Source of the DNA: Flammeovirgaceae bacterium
GTDB taxonomy: Bacteria > Bacteroidota > Bacteroidia > Cytophagales > Cyclobacteriaceae
Direction: 5' to 3'
Assembly: GCA_002691385.1 (NCBI GenBank)
Contig: NZHT01000091.1
Span: forward strand, 4,843-68,842
DNA: 64,000 bases
Part shown: positions 49,001 to 56,591 of the stretch, piece by piece
Layout: the number at the start of each line of letters is the position of its first letter
Numbering within the stretch: the first letter of the stretch is position 1
Position numbers and translations under genes: made by a program
Notes under the pieces: generated by a model
Told to the model about the DNA's origin: nothing
Seen by the model: the letters and a program-made list of their open reading frames with translations, nothing else
Databases searched by the model: none

Positions 49001-49136
49001 AAGTTATATTCATTTTACATCTAATGAAAATTCCGGAGAAATTGATATTTCACAATTATCTCCTGGAGTTTATGTAATAATGGTTCAGGACAATAAGGGT
49101 GAAACCATAGATTCAAGATTGTTCATCAGAAGATGA
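43089..49136 (+). CDS. Giant T9SS-secreted multimodular protein. It has five ~325-aa beta-helix-like modules, an internal GH128-like catalytic domain and a T9SS C-terminal domain.
   Basis: 2015 aa with a signal peptide (IFSFFRILLIPVLGFTQ). Modules B1-B5 share the same start and end motifs as gene 1. The catalytic domain lies between B2 and B3. The tail FFPNPNSSVSLKYS...LSPGVYVIMVQDNKGETIDSRLFIRR is T9SS CTD-like. Confidence 0.85.
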   Translation: MPNMESLVVKKIFSFFRILLIPVLGFTQNTTFNNNGGDNLWSNNANWSNGIANEATAKVTLNADAILDLSVTVAQIKIASSGPSNVTLTNRSEATLTITGNGVTQPIQINKNTTKLTFNLPVVFDSSEDALETMRFNSGNIIITFGAGHSLTLIDKLLVTAVNNNNTLNVDGSLLGSANFNFGAKCNVFFGSESNNSSYTGSIRPTAVDVEITANTSDNGTFIKSGAAIDIQNTGAIITINGSNTLKGNILVGDNNPSLNINANQNSVGLITIGGGTLNLALADDVNSMAFVDNSFSDWGTGTLSITGAGDNEVSFGTDANGITSAQLSKITLSGSSVEINSEGKLSITGSNDGSLVSESTFTNGGGNNLWSNTSNWSAGIPNILTAKVTLEASVIVDSNVEIAQIKLGGTASSNVVVSSLNSSILTINGSGVTQPIQNNKADLDLNINLATVLSSLEVEIIQISGGGSSSITFGSSSDLTLNSNTKFIAQNDRRFTFEGILKGSGQFMLGTASTANFGSNSDNTQHTGGFKMLGNNGKINVNTQADGTFLTPGATIAPDASSIGHNITVNAANVLKGNISVLSNPLNLNINANQSGIGIITMTSGILNLVVAPDVTLVSFVDNSSADWGAGTLAITGAGENEVAFGTNANGLTSSQISQTSISGSLVEINSQGQLSISEEILDKKGIAMSYKEATWPTRISRLKPFWHYSWNRDMREQIPDSVEFVPMFWGAGSVTNDEILRIKGLADAGKVKYVLGFNEPDLESQANMTIDEAIALWPKLEEIGVPLGSPVPAGLNNGWLEEFMKKANANNLRVDFVCIHLYRENDAQIFLDAVDQTYQKYGKPIWITEMSVKDKQAQTVAENRFSMTEVLETMKILLPELYNREYLSRFAWFTATRDSPNYPGNSSSVLYDESDNITILGEYYAEFKANPAFKAKDISESTFTNAGGDKLWSNSANWSDGVPNVSSAKVTLNDSIIIDSDVSISQMKMANGFGSAMISSSNSSALTLNGIGVTQIIQNNGTDVDLQFNLDVVISSSDIESIQTNGSGKCSITFGPISDLTLKSITKFAAQENKSINLNGVLQGEGQFQIGASSSVNFGSTSDNKSFTGGFKFLGNNSLLEINTAKDSTFLKSETFISTDENSTGHSINVNSANVLKGNISVDGNNLVLNINANQTGLGTINMVSGTLDLNLDSSITALIFADNSSADWGTGTIEITGAGDNVIGFGTNSNGLSTKQISQIEMDNRAVTINSLGQISASGSVQVIQSTFTNAGGDNLWSNADNWSSGIPNVQNAKVTLNESLILDMNVTIGQIKMTAGFGSLSITTNNDAVLKISGDGVTQPIQNNAGNLEFVIDIPVVIESIDSLAEIFFPTVPGGIITFGSNSSLQLNSDITVNANKNAQKSFNFNGTLFGLGNFQLDAGTVVNFGATSDNSAFNGNFVLLKDNGELVSNITDNGIFLPTGSSILANGSGGSITVNGINTFNGNIILSANDIALNINANQSSMGLILIGDSLKTDDVSLELSIINSVSELQFKDNSMSNWDNLSLNIIGFNDNVIAFGTDFNGLTVAQLSKIDVGGPSVIINSSGQLEAEGEIPIKLSTFNNAGGDMLWSNPVNWSSGIPNDSSAKVILNASVIIDVDVNIAQMKLQGGFGDVEVTGNESSKLNLTGIGVNSIIQNNGSDVDLMFDLPIVISSTDVIENIQTNAGGICSITFGSNSNISLNSNVKFSASNDRKINMNGILNGSGQFQIGTSSTINFGSSSDNDAFLGGFKILGNNSQLIVNTDSSATFLKSGVEIMIDSGSNGHSVTLNGENVFFGDLAILDSPFNLNVNANQSGMGIITMSSGILSLILNDSISTLAFANNSSAEWGDGTLSISGFEDNIISFGNDFSGLSLEQIKQINHEGEDVIINEFGYLINADYSENDHITGINKKKKEQIFFPNPNSSVSLKYSFKNYIRSNVIICDLEGKSYIHFTSNENSGEIDISQLSPGVYVIMVQDNKGETIDSRLFIRR
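43170..45130 (+). repeat. Modules B1 and B2 of the ~325-aa repeat family
   Basis: B1 starts TFNNNGGDNLWSNNANWSNGIANEATAKVTL (about 43170). B2 starts ESTFTNGGGNNLWSNTSNWSAGIPNILTAKVTL (about 44163) and ends ...LTSSQISQTSISGSLVEINSQGQLSIS. Confidence 0.8.
45131..45900 (+). other. Embedded GH128-like catalytic domain, paralogue of the product of 34437-35807
   Basis: The translation reads KGIAMSYKEATWPTRISRLKPFWHYSWNRDM...GFNEPDLESQ...FVCIHLY...GKPIWITEMSV...ILGEYY. It aligns by eye along its full length with the lipoprotein enzyme, with roughly two-thirds of residues identical. Both putative catalytic Glu motifs are retained. Confidence 0.75.
45911..48840 (+). repeat. Modules B3, B4 and B5 of the ~325-aa repeat family
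   Basis: Module starts were read at about 45911 (ESTFTNAGGDKLWSNSANWSDGVPN), 46892 (STFTNAGGDNLWSNADNWSSGIPN) and 47891 (STFNNAGGDMLWSNPVNWSSGIPN). Confidence 0.8.
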
Positions 49137-49186
49137 TTATAAAGTAATGAGAATCAAGCATAGTCAAAAAATCAAAATAAAAATCA

Positions 49187-51490
49187 ATGCTAAAATTTAT
49201 TATTCGTATTGCTAAAGTGCTCTTCTTTATCTCTGCTTTTTGTATTCCAAAACTCAATGGTCAAATATATAAAAACCCGAATACCAATATAGAAGACCGG
49301 ATAACAGATTTAATGGATAAGATGACACTCGAAGAGAAGATCGGGCAAATGTGTCAATTTGTAGCACCTGCACACATAGAAAAAACGAAGAGTCGACTCA
49401 AAGGTGAAGAACTTATTTATAATGATCAATGGGGTACTTATCCGGGTTTAAATGCTGTAAAGCTTAACGAAAAAATAAAAAAGGGAGAAATTGGATCTTT
49501 TTTACATGTTAAAAATGTAGTTGAGGCAAATGAACTTCAAAAAATAGCTCAAAAATCACGTCTAGGAATTCCATTATTAATAGGTATTGATGCAATTCAT
49601 GGGCATGGAATGGTCAAAGGGACCACAATTTTCCCAACTCAAATAGGCTTATCAAGTACCTGGGATGACCAACTAATTTATGAGGTTGCCAAAGCTACTG
49701 CAAAAGAAGTTAGAGCTACAGGCATGCATTGGACTTTTTCTCCAAATGTAGAAGTTGCCAGAGATCCTCGATGGGGAAGAGTTGGTGAGACTTTTGGTGA
49801 AGATCCTATGCTTGTTGGGAGAATGGGCCAAGCTTTCACAAAAGGATATCAAGGAAATTTTAGTGATGAAAATGTTATTGCATGTGCCAAACACTTTATT
49901 GCAGGTGGAGAACCATATAATGGAACAAATGCATCACCAATTGATGTATCAGAAAGACAATTGAGAGAGATTTGGTTGCCCCCATTTAAAAAGCAAATTG
50001 AAGCAGGTGTATTTACTTTTATGGCTTCCCATAATGAGATAAATGGTGTGCCTGCGCACGCCAATAAGTTCCTTCTTAATGATATTTTGAAAAATGAATG
50101 GAAATTTGATGGATTTGTAGTTTCGGATTGGATGGATATTGAGAGAATCCATAAACTTCATAAGCTTACTTCAGATAAAAAAGAATCAGTATTAAAAAGT
50201 GTTAATTCAGGTATGGGTATGCACATGCACGGACCTGGTTTTATGAAGCCCTTATTGGAACTCGTTGAGGAAGGATTAGTACCAGTAAAAAAAATTGACG
50301 ATGCTTGTATGTCAATTTTAAAAGCCAAATTTCTACTTGGGCTTTTTGAAAATCCATTTGTTGATCAATCAAAAACTAAATCCATATTATTCAATGAAGG
50401 CCATAAAGAATTAGCTTTAAATGCTGCTAGAAAATCGATAGTACTACTAAAAAATAATGGTATTTTACCTTTAAATAATCCTAAAAAAATATTGATTACA
50501 GGCCCAAACGCCAATAATCATCGAATATTGGGAGATTGGACATTTAAGCAACCTGATGCTAATGTTCAAACGGTTTATCAAGGTTTTCAAAAGGTATTTG
50601 ATGAGTCTAATGTTGATTTTATCAATTCTGGTGAAAGCTTACTATATCCTGATGATACAAAACTTGAAGGGACAATATCAAAGGCTGAAGGTTATGATGC
50701 CATTATCGTTGTATTGGGATCAAACTCGCTTAGATTCCAACGGAAAGAAAAAACTTGTGGAGAGAATGTGGACCGATCCCAGATAAACTTGTTGGGTAAT
50801 CAACTTCGTCTTGTTCAAGAATTATATAAAATCAATAATAATATAGTTGTTGTGATGGTCAATGGTCGACCATTGTCTGAGCCATGGATAACGGAAAATA
50901 TTCCAGGAATAATTGAAGCTTGGGAGCCAGGTTCATTTGCAGGGCAAGCAATTGCAGAAATTGTCAAGGGAGAGATAAATCCTTCAGGAAAACTTACAAT
51001 TACATTCCCTCATCATTCAGGACAAATACCTATGGTATATAATCAAAAACCATCATCATTTTTCAGAAAATATATTGATGCTCCATCTGCGCCAATGTGG
51101 CATTTTGGTTATGGATTGAGTTATTCAGAATTCCAATATTCAAACCCTTACATCACAAAGCTGGCAGATGGCTTTATGATTGAGATTGAGATTGAAAATA
51201 AAAGTTCGATTGAAGGTGATGAAATTACACAATTATACATTCGTGATGAAGTTTCATCTGTAACTAGACCACTTAAAGAGCTTATTGACTATAAAAGAAT
51301 TACTTTGAAAGGTGGTGAAAAAAAAATAATTCCTTTTGAATTTTCTATAGAGGATCTTGCTTTTTATAATGTAGATATGCAAAAGGTTGTAGAATCGGGT
51401 GATTTTTTAGTGTCCATTGGTAGCTCATCTCGAGAGGAAGATTTGATTCAAATTGAATTCAATATTGACAAAAATTTCAACTATGATTAA
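49187..51490 (+). CDS. Glycoside hydrolase family 3 (BglX-type beta-glucosidase/exo-glycosidase)
   Basis: 767 aa with a signal peptide. Motifs are GIDAIHGH, RDPRWGR..E.FGEDP, GFVVSDW (nucleophile Asp context), and a C-terminal FnIII-like domain (ITQLYIRDEVSSVTRPLKEL). Confidence 0.9.
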   Translation: MLKFIIRIAKVLFFISAFCIPKLNGQIYKNPNTNIEDRITDLMDKMTLEEKIGQMCQFVAPAHIEKTKSRLKGEELIYNDQWGTYPGLNAVKLNEKIKKGEIGSFLHVKNVVEANELQKIAQKSRLGIPLLIGIDAIHGHGMVKGTTIFPTQIGLSSTWDDQLIYEVAKATAKEVRATGMHWTFSPNVEVARDPRWGRVGETFGEDPMLVGRMGQAFTKGYQGNFSDENVIACAKHFIAGGEPYNGTNASPIDVSERQLREIWLPPFKKQIEAGVFTFMASHNEINGVPAHANKFLLNDILKNEWKFDGFVVSDWMDIERIHKLHKLTSDKKESVLKSVNSGMGMHMHGPGFMKPLLELVEEGLVPVKKIDDACMSILKAKFLLGLFENPFVDQSKTKSILFNEGHKELALNAARKSIVLLKNNGILPLNNPKKILITGPNANNHRILGDWTFKQPDANVQTVYQGFQKVFDESNVDFINSGESLLYPDDTKLEGTISKAEGYDAIIVVLGSNSLRFQRKEKTCGENVDRSQINLLGNQLRLVQELYKINNNIVVVMVNGRPLSEPWITENIPGIIEAWEPGSFAGQAIAEIVKGEINPSGKLTITFPHHSGQIPMVYNQKPSSFFRKYIDAPSAPMWHFGYGLSYSEFQYSNPYITKLADGFMIEIEIENKSSIEGDEITQLYIRDEVSSVTRPLKELIDYKRITLKGGEKKIIPFEFSIEDLAFYNVDMQKVVESGDFLVSIGSSSREEDLIQIEFNIDKNFNYD

Positions 51491-53099
51491 AGACAATTTA
51501 GAAAATAAAACTGTGAAAATTCATAACTTATTATTATCAAGCTTTTTATTAATATCAATTTTTTCCTGTCAAAGGAATGAAAGATTAAATAAACCGAATA
51601 TAATATTTATCATGAGTGATGATCATGCTGCACATGCCATTTCATCCTATGGAGGTATTTATGATAAAATTGCTCCAACTCCTAATATTGATAAGATAGG
51701 ATTTGAGGGAATTAGATTTGAGAACGTGTTCTGTACAAATGGTATCTGTGGTCCTTCGAGAGCATCTATTTTGACTGGAAAGTATAGTCACCGGAATGGC
51801 TTCTATAAGAATGAAAAAGGAGGTAAATTCAATAAAGATCAATGGACATTCCCAAAAGAATTTCAAGAAAATGGATATAAAACGGCTCTATTTGGTAAAT
51901 GGCATTTGGGAAGTGAGCCCGTTGGTTTCGATCACTTTAAATATCATGATAATAAGGGGCAACAGGGATTTTACTATAATCCAATATATAACGAAAACGG
52001 GAATCGAGTAACGGAAGAAGGTTATGCGACTAACTTAACAACTGATTTTGCCTTGAATTGGCTTAAAGATGAAGGTGAGATTGATAAACCTTTCATGATG
52101 ATGTTACAGTTCAAGGCCCCTCACAGAAGTTGGGAACCAGATGAAAAATATAGAGATTTTTTTGGTGATCAAGAATTGCCTTATCCTAAAACTTTTAATG
52201 ACAATTATGAGGGGAGAGAGCAAACAGCAGGTGATACAGATATGACAATGGATTTTTTTAATAGAAATGATATGAAACTGAGTCCTCCCGACTCTTTAAC
52301 TGGTAGAAAAGAGCGTAATAAGTGGTTAAGATCAGGTGATAAGCGTGGATTTGGTGAAGGTTGGCTTCCTAAAAGTGGGATGACACAAGAAGAAGCTAGA
52401 AAATGGAAATATCAAAGATATATTAAGGATTATCTTGCCTGTATAAAGTCAGTAGACGATAATATAGGGCGTGTTCTTGACTATTTGGAAAAATCTGAAT
52501 TGGACAAAAACACAGTTGTTATCTATACTTCTGATCAAGGATTTTACTTGGGGGATCACGGTTGGTTCGATAAGAGATTTATGTATGAGGAATCTTTAAA
52601 GATGCCTTTTTTGATGAAATATCCAGGAACAAAAAATAGGGAAATGGTAAATAAGGATTTTATAACAAATATTGATTTTGCATCAACATTATTGGATATT
52701 GCTGGGATCAAAGGAAAAGAAGAACTTCAAGGTAGAAGTTTTCTTCCTAATATACTAGATGAAAATTCAAAAGATTGGAGACAATCAATGTACTATCATT
52801 ATTACGAATTTCCTTTTTGGCATCATGTCCAGCCACATTATGGTATCCGAAATCAGAAATTTAAACTAATTCATTTTTATTATAATATTGATGTCTGGGA
52901 ATTATATGACCTTCAAAATGATCCTGAGGAAATCACTAATTTGATAAATGATCCGAGTTATGCTGATGTTATAAAAGAAATGAAATTAGATTTAAAAAAA
53001 CTTCAAATAGAATATGGAGATGACAAATCGCTTGATGAATTCAGATCAATTACTGATACTGATTTCGGTCACATTGGAGGTAAAGGAATACGGGAATAA
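51483..53099 (+). CDS. Sulfatase (S1 family), lipoprotein
   Basis: CGPSR in TNGICGPSRASILTGKYSHRNG, plus NIIFIMSDDHAAHA and GKWHLG. The preferred start is the ATG at 51483 (MIKDN...LLISIFSCQ), which overlaps the GH3 stop (ATGATTAA). The ORF-track start at 51453 lies inside GH3. Confidence 0.85.
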   Translation: MIKDNLENKTVKIHNLLLSSFLLISIFSCQRNERLNKPNIIFIMSDDHAAHAISSYGGIYDKIAPTPNIDKIGFEGIRFENVFCTNGICGPSRASILTGKYSHRNGFYKNEKGGKFNKDQWTFPKEFQENGYKTALFGKWHLGSEPVGFDHFKYHDNKGQQGFYYNPIYNENGNRVTEEGYATNLTTDFALNWLKDEGEIDKPFMMMLQFKAPHRSWEPDEKYRDFFGDQELPYPKTFNDNYEGREQTAGDTDMTMDFFNRNDMKLSPPDSLTGRKERNKWLRSGDKRGFGEGWLPKSGMTQEEARKWKYQRYIKDYLACIKSVDDNIGRVLDYLEKSELDKNTVVIYTSDQGFYLGDHGWFDKRFMYEESLKMPFLMKYPGTKNREMVNKDFITNIDFASTLLDIAGIKGKEELQGRSFLPNILDENSKDWRQSMYYHYYEFPFWHHVQPHYGIRNQKFKLIHFYYNIDVWELYDLQNDPEEITNLINDPSYADVIKEMKLDLKKLQIEYGDDKSLDEFRSITDTDFGHIGGKGIRE

Positions 53100-53155
53100 A
53101 CTTGATTAGCTGTAAAATAAAATCTAAAGTATTCTTTAAAATAATTATTCAGATT

Positions 53156-54577
53156 TTACCTGTGATAAGCGTGAACTGATTCCTTCCAATTTTGAAGACT
53201 GTCTATCATTTCAGAAGCAATGTTTGGTTCAAGACCAATCAAATTGTTTTTTTCTTCAATATCCTTATTAATGTCATACAATTCAAATAGATCATCTTCA
53301 TAGAAGTGAATTAGCTTATAATTTCCCCTACGGATAGCTGAACTTGCCCTATCACCAGTAGATTTTGGTCTTGGAATTGGAGAATGCCAGTATAAGGATC
53401 GGTCGTGATTTTGAAGATCTTTACCAAGTAATATGTCAGCATAACTTCGGCCATCAATAGGGGGAAGATCATTGTAAGGAACTAGATCTACGAGATTAAT
53501 CAAAGATAACAAGTGATCCGTTCCAATAATTTGATGATCTGTCCAACCATTGTTGATTTTATCCTTCCAAAAAACAAAATGGGGAATACGAATTCCTCCC
53601 TCATAAAGATGCCCTTTACCTGCCCTTAACGGATAATTTGATGTAGCTAGTGATCTTTTATTTCCTCTATTTGATAATCCACCATGATCAGATGTAAAAA
53701 CTATAATTGTATTATCAAATTGTTTAGTTGATTTAAGCGCTTCAATTATTTTACCAAGACTTTGATCGATACTTTTTATCATTCCGGCATAACTAGAATT
53801 ATTTCTTATCAATTTTTCTTCGCCTGTCCAAGAGCTGATTTTGATGTCATTTATAGTATCTTTAATCTGTTTTTGAGTCTTTTTCTGATCAAACTCGTTA
53901 AAATATGTTTGTTTACTCTCCAGAGGAGTATGAACACCATAATGAGAGAGGAGAAGGAAGAATGGTTCATCACTATATTTTTTAATCATGTCAACAGATA
54001 TTTCAGTTAATTGATCTGTTAAATATTTCCCATTATTTGTTTTTGGGATATTATTAATAAATGGTGGCTTATTTTTCCCACTACCAGATTTAACAAAATT
54101 ATATGGGTAAAAATAAGATTTAGGTGCTCCAGCATCTCCTCCAGCTATATTAACCTCAAATCCCACATGTTCTGGATAGACGCCATTCATTGACAAGTGC
54201 CATTTACCTACAAAAAAAGTTTTATATCCTGACGCTTTAAAAAAACTTGTTAAAAAGGAATCCTCATATGTTAAACCCTTTGATTTTCCAGGTAGCTTTG
54301 CCCTTGCGGGATACATTCCAGTAATAATTGAATATCTTGAAGGTTCGCATCTGGGATGTGAGGCATAAGCTTGACTGAAGTTCATACTTCTACTCGATAA
54401 GTCATCAATATTCGGAGTTTCATAAAAAGTTGAATCGCGAAAACTGACATCCATCCATCCGAGATCATCTATAATAAAAAAAATGATATTAGGGGGACTT
54501 TCCTTCAATGGGGTGCAACTAATTAATAGGAAACTGCTAACAAATAAAGTTATCCAAGTATTGCTTTTGGTTATCAT
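53156..54577 (-). CDS. Sulfatase (S1 family), lipoprotein
   Basis: 473 aa with leader FLLISCTP, NIIFFIIDDLGWMD, CEPSR in SHPRCEPSRYSIITGMYPAR, GKWHL, and SDHGG. Confidence 0.85.
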   Translation of the reverse strand: MITKSNTWITLFVSSFLLISCTPLKESPPNIIFFIIDDLGWMDVSFRDSTFYETPNIDDLSSRSMNFSQAYASHPRCEPSRYSIITGMYPARAKLPGKSKGLTYEDSFLTSFFKASGYKTFFVGKWHLSMNGVYPEHVGFEVNIAGGDAGAPKSYFYPYNFVKSGSGKNKPPFINNIPKTNNGKYLTDQLTEISVDMIKKYSDEPFFLLLSHYGVHTPLESKQTYFNEFDQKKTQKQIKDTINDIKISSWTGEEKLIRNNSSYAGMIKSIDQSLGKIIEALKSTKQFDNTIIVFTSDHGGLSNRGNKRSLATSNYPLRAGKGHLYEGGIRIPHFVFWKDKINNGWTDHQIIGTDHLLSLINLVDLVPYNDLPPIDGRSYADILLGKDLQNHDRSLYWHSPIPRPKSTGDRASSAIRRGNYKLIHFYEDDLFELYDINKDIEEKNNLIGLEPNIASEMIDSLQNWKESVHAYHR

Positions 54578-54633
54578 ATATTCAGTTTAATGAGTAGGCT
54601 AAGTGCCGCCATTCTTTCAAGTCAAAGATGATG

Positions 54634-55845
54634 CTAAAATTTAATTCTTGCTAAATCAATATTTTTTTGATTTTTGGATGTATTGGTCCAGGCAAAATAA
54701 AGCTCATTTTCAAATAATTCCATTTGAGGGAAACCACTGGATCTTGAACTATTGATCTCAGAGACGATGATGGGATTTCCTATTATGCCCTTTTTATTGA
54801 CAGCGATTGCTTTGATTTGGGATTTATTGTTTTTAAAACTCAACCAACTTACAAAGGCGGTTCCTTTCTCATCCATCGCAATATCTACTCTCCCCAGTGG
54901 ATTGCTATCATCTATGATTATTGGTGCTTCAAAGTTGGCACCGGCATCTTTTGAAAAGATTATTTTTACTTGAGGGACATCATTAGGTGCTGAAAACCAG
55001 GCTACGGCTACTTGGTCTCTATGCGCGACTATACGCGGTCCATTTACTGGACAACCAGCAATTTTCCATTGGTCATTGAAGAGCGTCTTAGGTGCAGTCC
55101 ATTGTCCTTTTACTTTTCTTACTATGGATATATCTCGGTATTCATCTTTTGTTCGATCTCTATAAACAAAGACAGGACCCGAAGAAGTGAGTGCACCACT
55201 CGTTTGACAGCAGTCGCATACATATGCATCTAGCTCCTTTTCCTCAGTGAGAACTCCTTGAAGATTGATATTGGCCGTTCTGAGAGTCATCGCTCCTTGA
55301 CCATGCCCATCATCTGACTTTGGGACACCCGTGTTTCTGCCATCGAGCCAGACCATAGTGAATGTTTGGTTGGGCATGGGGAGCAGCGTGGCAAATCCGT
55401 GTTCCGTAGGTGTTTGATCATTATGGGGGATGAGGCTGGAACTCCAAGGATGAGAATTCTTACTTATGGTAATATTCACATCATATGAATAGATTCCGGT
55501 GGAGCTTTTAGTTAAATAATGGCTGATTTTATTTCCTTTGCTATCTATGCTAATAGACGGATAATCTGCCCAATTTACAAACCAATTTTTGCCTGATGCA
55601 ATCACTTCGGCATCAGACCAGTTATTTCCTTGTTTCAAAGAAGCAAAATACAGGGAAGCTTGATCGTCAATTTCTTTCACCCAACTGAGATAAAGCTGAT
55701 GATCTTCTCCTACTTTAAGAAATGGCAACGAAGTACTTTCATCAGTAGGACCCTTGACTAATTCAACTCGGTTTTGAAGTAGTCCGGCTTCCTTGATGCA
55801 TGAAGTGAAGAAGATTATGCAACCTATAAATGAAATATATTTCAT
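54634..55845 (-). CDS. Hypothetical lipoprotein, sialidase/BNR-like beta-propeller fold with conserved Cys motifs
   Basis: 403 aa with lipobox FFTSC. It shows a repetitive beta-strand-rich pattern (YLSWV, YFASL, VAWFS, VSWLS, YFAWT). The motifs VCDCCQ (about 55203-55220) and AGCPVNGP (about 55037-55060) are present. The family assignment is tentative. Confidence 0.4.
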   Translation of the reverse strand: MKYISFIGCIIFFTSCIKEAGLLQNRVELVKGPTDESTSLPFLKVGEDHQLYLSWVKEIDDQASLYFASLKQGNNWSDAEVIASGKNWFVNWADYPSISIDSKGNKISHYLTKSSTGIYSYDVNITISKNSHPWSSSLIPHNDQTPTEHGFATLLPMPNQTFTMVWLDGRNTGVPKSDDGHGQGAMTLRTANINLQGVLTEEKELDAYVCDCCQTSGALTSSGPVFVYRDRTKDEYRDISIVRKVKGQWTAPKTLFNDQWKIAGCPVNGPRIVAHRDQVAVAWFSAPNDVPQVKIIFSKDAGANFEAPIIIDDSNPLGRVDIAMDEKGTAFVSWLSFKNNKSQIKAIAVNKKGIIGNPIIVSEINSSRSSGFPQMELFENELYFAWTNTSKNQKNIDLARIKF

Positions 55846-56096
55846 TGAATATTTACTGATGAGGGTAGAGAAAATATTTCGTCCCTAGTTGCAATATAGC
55901 CATGTTTTTGTTCATCTCAAAGCATGGTCTGATGCAAATAATTAAACATTAAATAGGGATAAGACACTTGCCAATTACGTGCTTTTTTGTTCCTAATACC
56001 CGTCTTCCTTTTATCAGACATTTCTATGATCTAAAGAAAATAGAAAAGATTTCTACCAATATTTGATGCCATTGGTGTTTTTTTATTGAATCTATT

Positions 56097-56591
56097 TCAA
56101 GGTAACATATTATTGAACAATAAAAGAGTTTCTTCACTTGTCCAACCTCTGTTACCCAATAATCTGTGAATTTCCTTCCCTGATTTATCATAGACTAAGG
56201 TGGTGGGCAGGGCATATACTCCCAAAGACTCGATGCTATTTTGTAGTTGCACATAATGCAGATCAAGACCTCTATTGGATATAAATTTATTTAGTTTTTT
56301 CAAACTTTGATCTGAGGCCAACAATAATTCAAATTTGTCAGGAGGTAATATTTTAGCCAGGGCCAATAAGTCTGGCATCTCTTTGATACAAGGCATGCAC
56401 CAAGTGGCCCATATATTGACAATCAATATTTTACCCTTCAATCTTTCAAAATCAACAGGTTTTCCATTCCTTTCGAGCATTTTTGGGATATCTGTCTGTT
56501 TTGCTGAATGTGCGGTTTCAATAGTCTGCTTCCTATTTTCTGAACAGCTGAAAAGGGTGAGAAGTAAGAAAAACATATAAATAATTCTCAT
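56097..56591 (-). CDS. TlpA/thioredoxin-like thiol:disulfide oxidoreductase, lipoprotein
   Basis: 164 aa with leader LLTLFSCS and the thioredoxin active site WATWCMPC (CxxC). The start abuts the DUF3347 stop with no gap. Confidence 0.8.
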   Translation of the reverse strand: MRIIYMFFLLLTLFSCSENRKQTIETAHSAKQTDIPKMLERNGKPVDFERLKGKILIVNIWATWCMPCIKEMPDLLALAKILPPDKFELLLASDQSLKKLNKFISNRGLDLHYVQLQNSIESLGVYALPTTLVYDKSGKEIHRLLGNRGWTSEETLLLFNNMLP

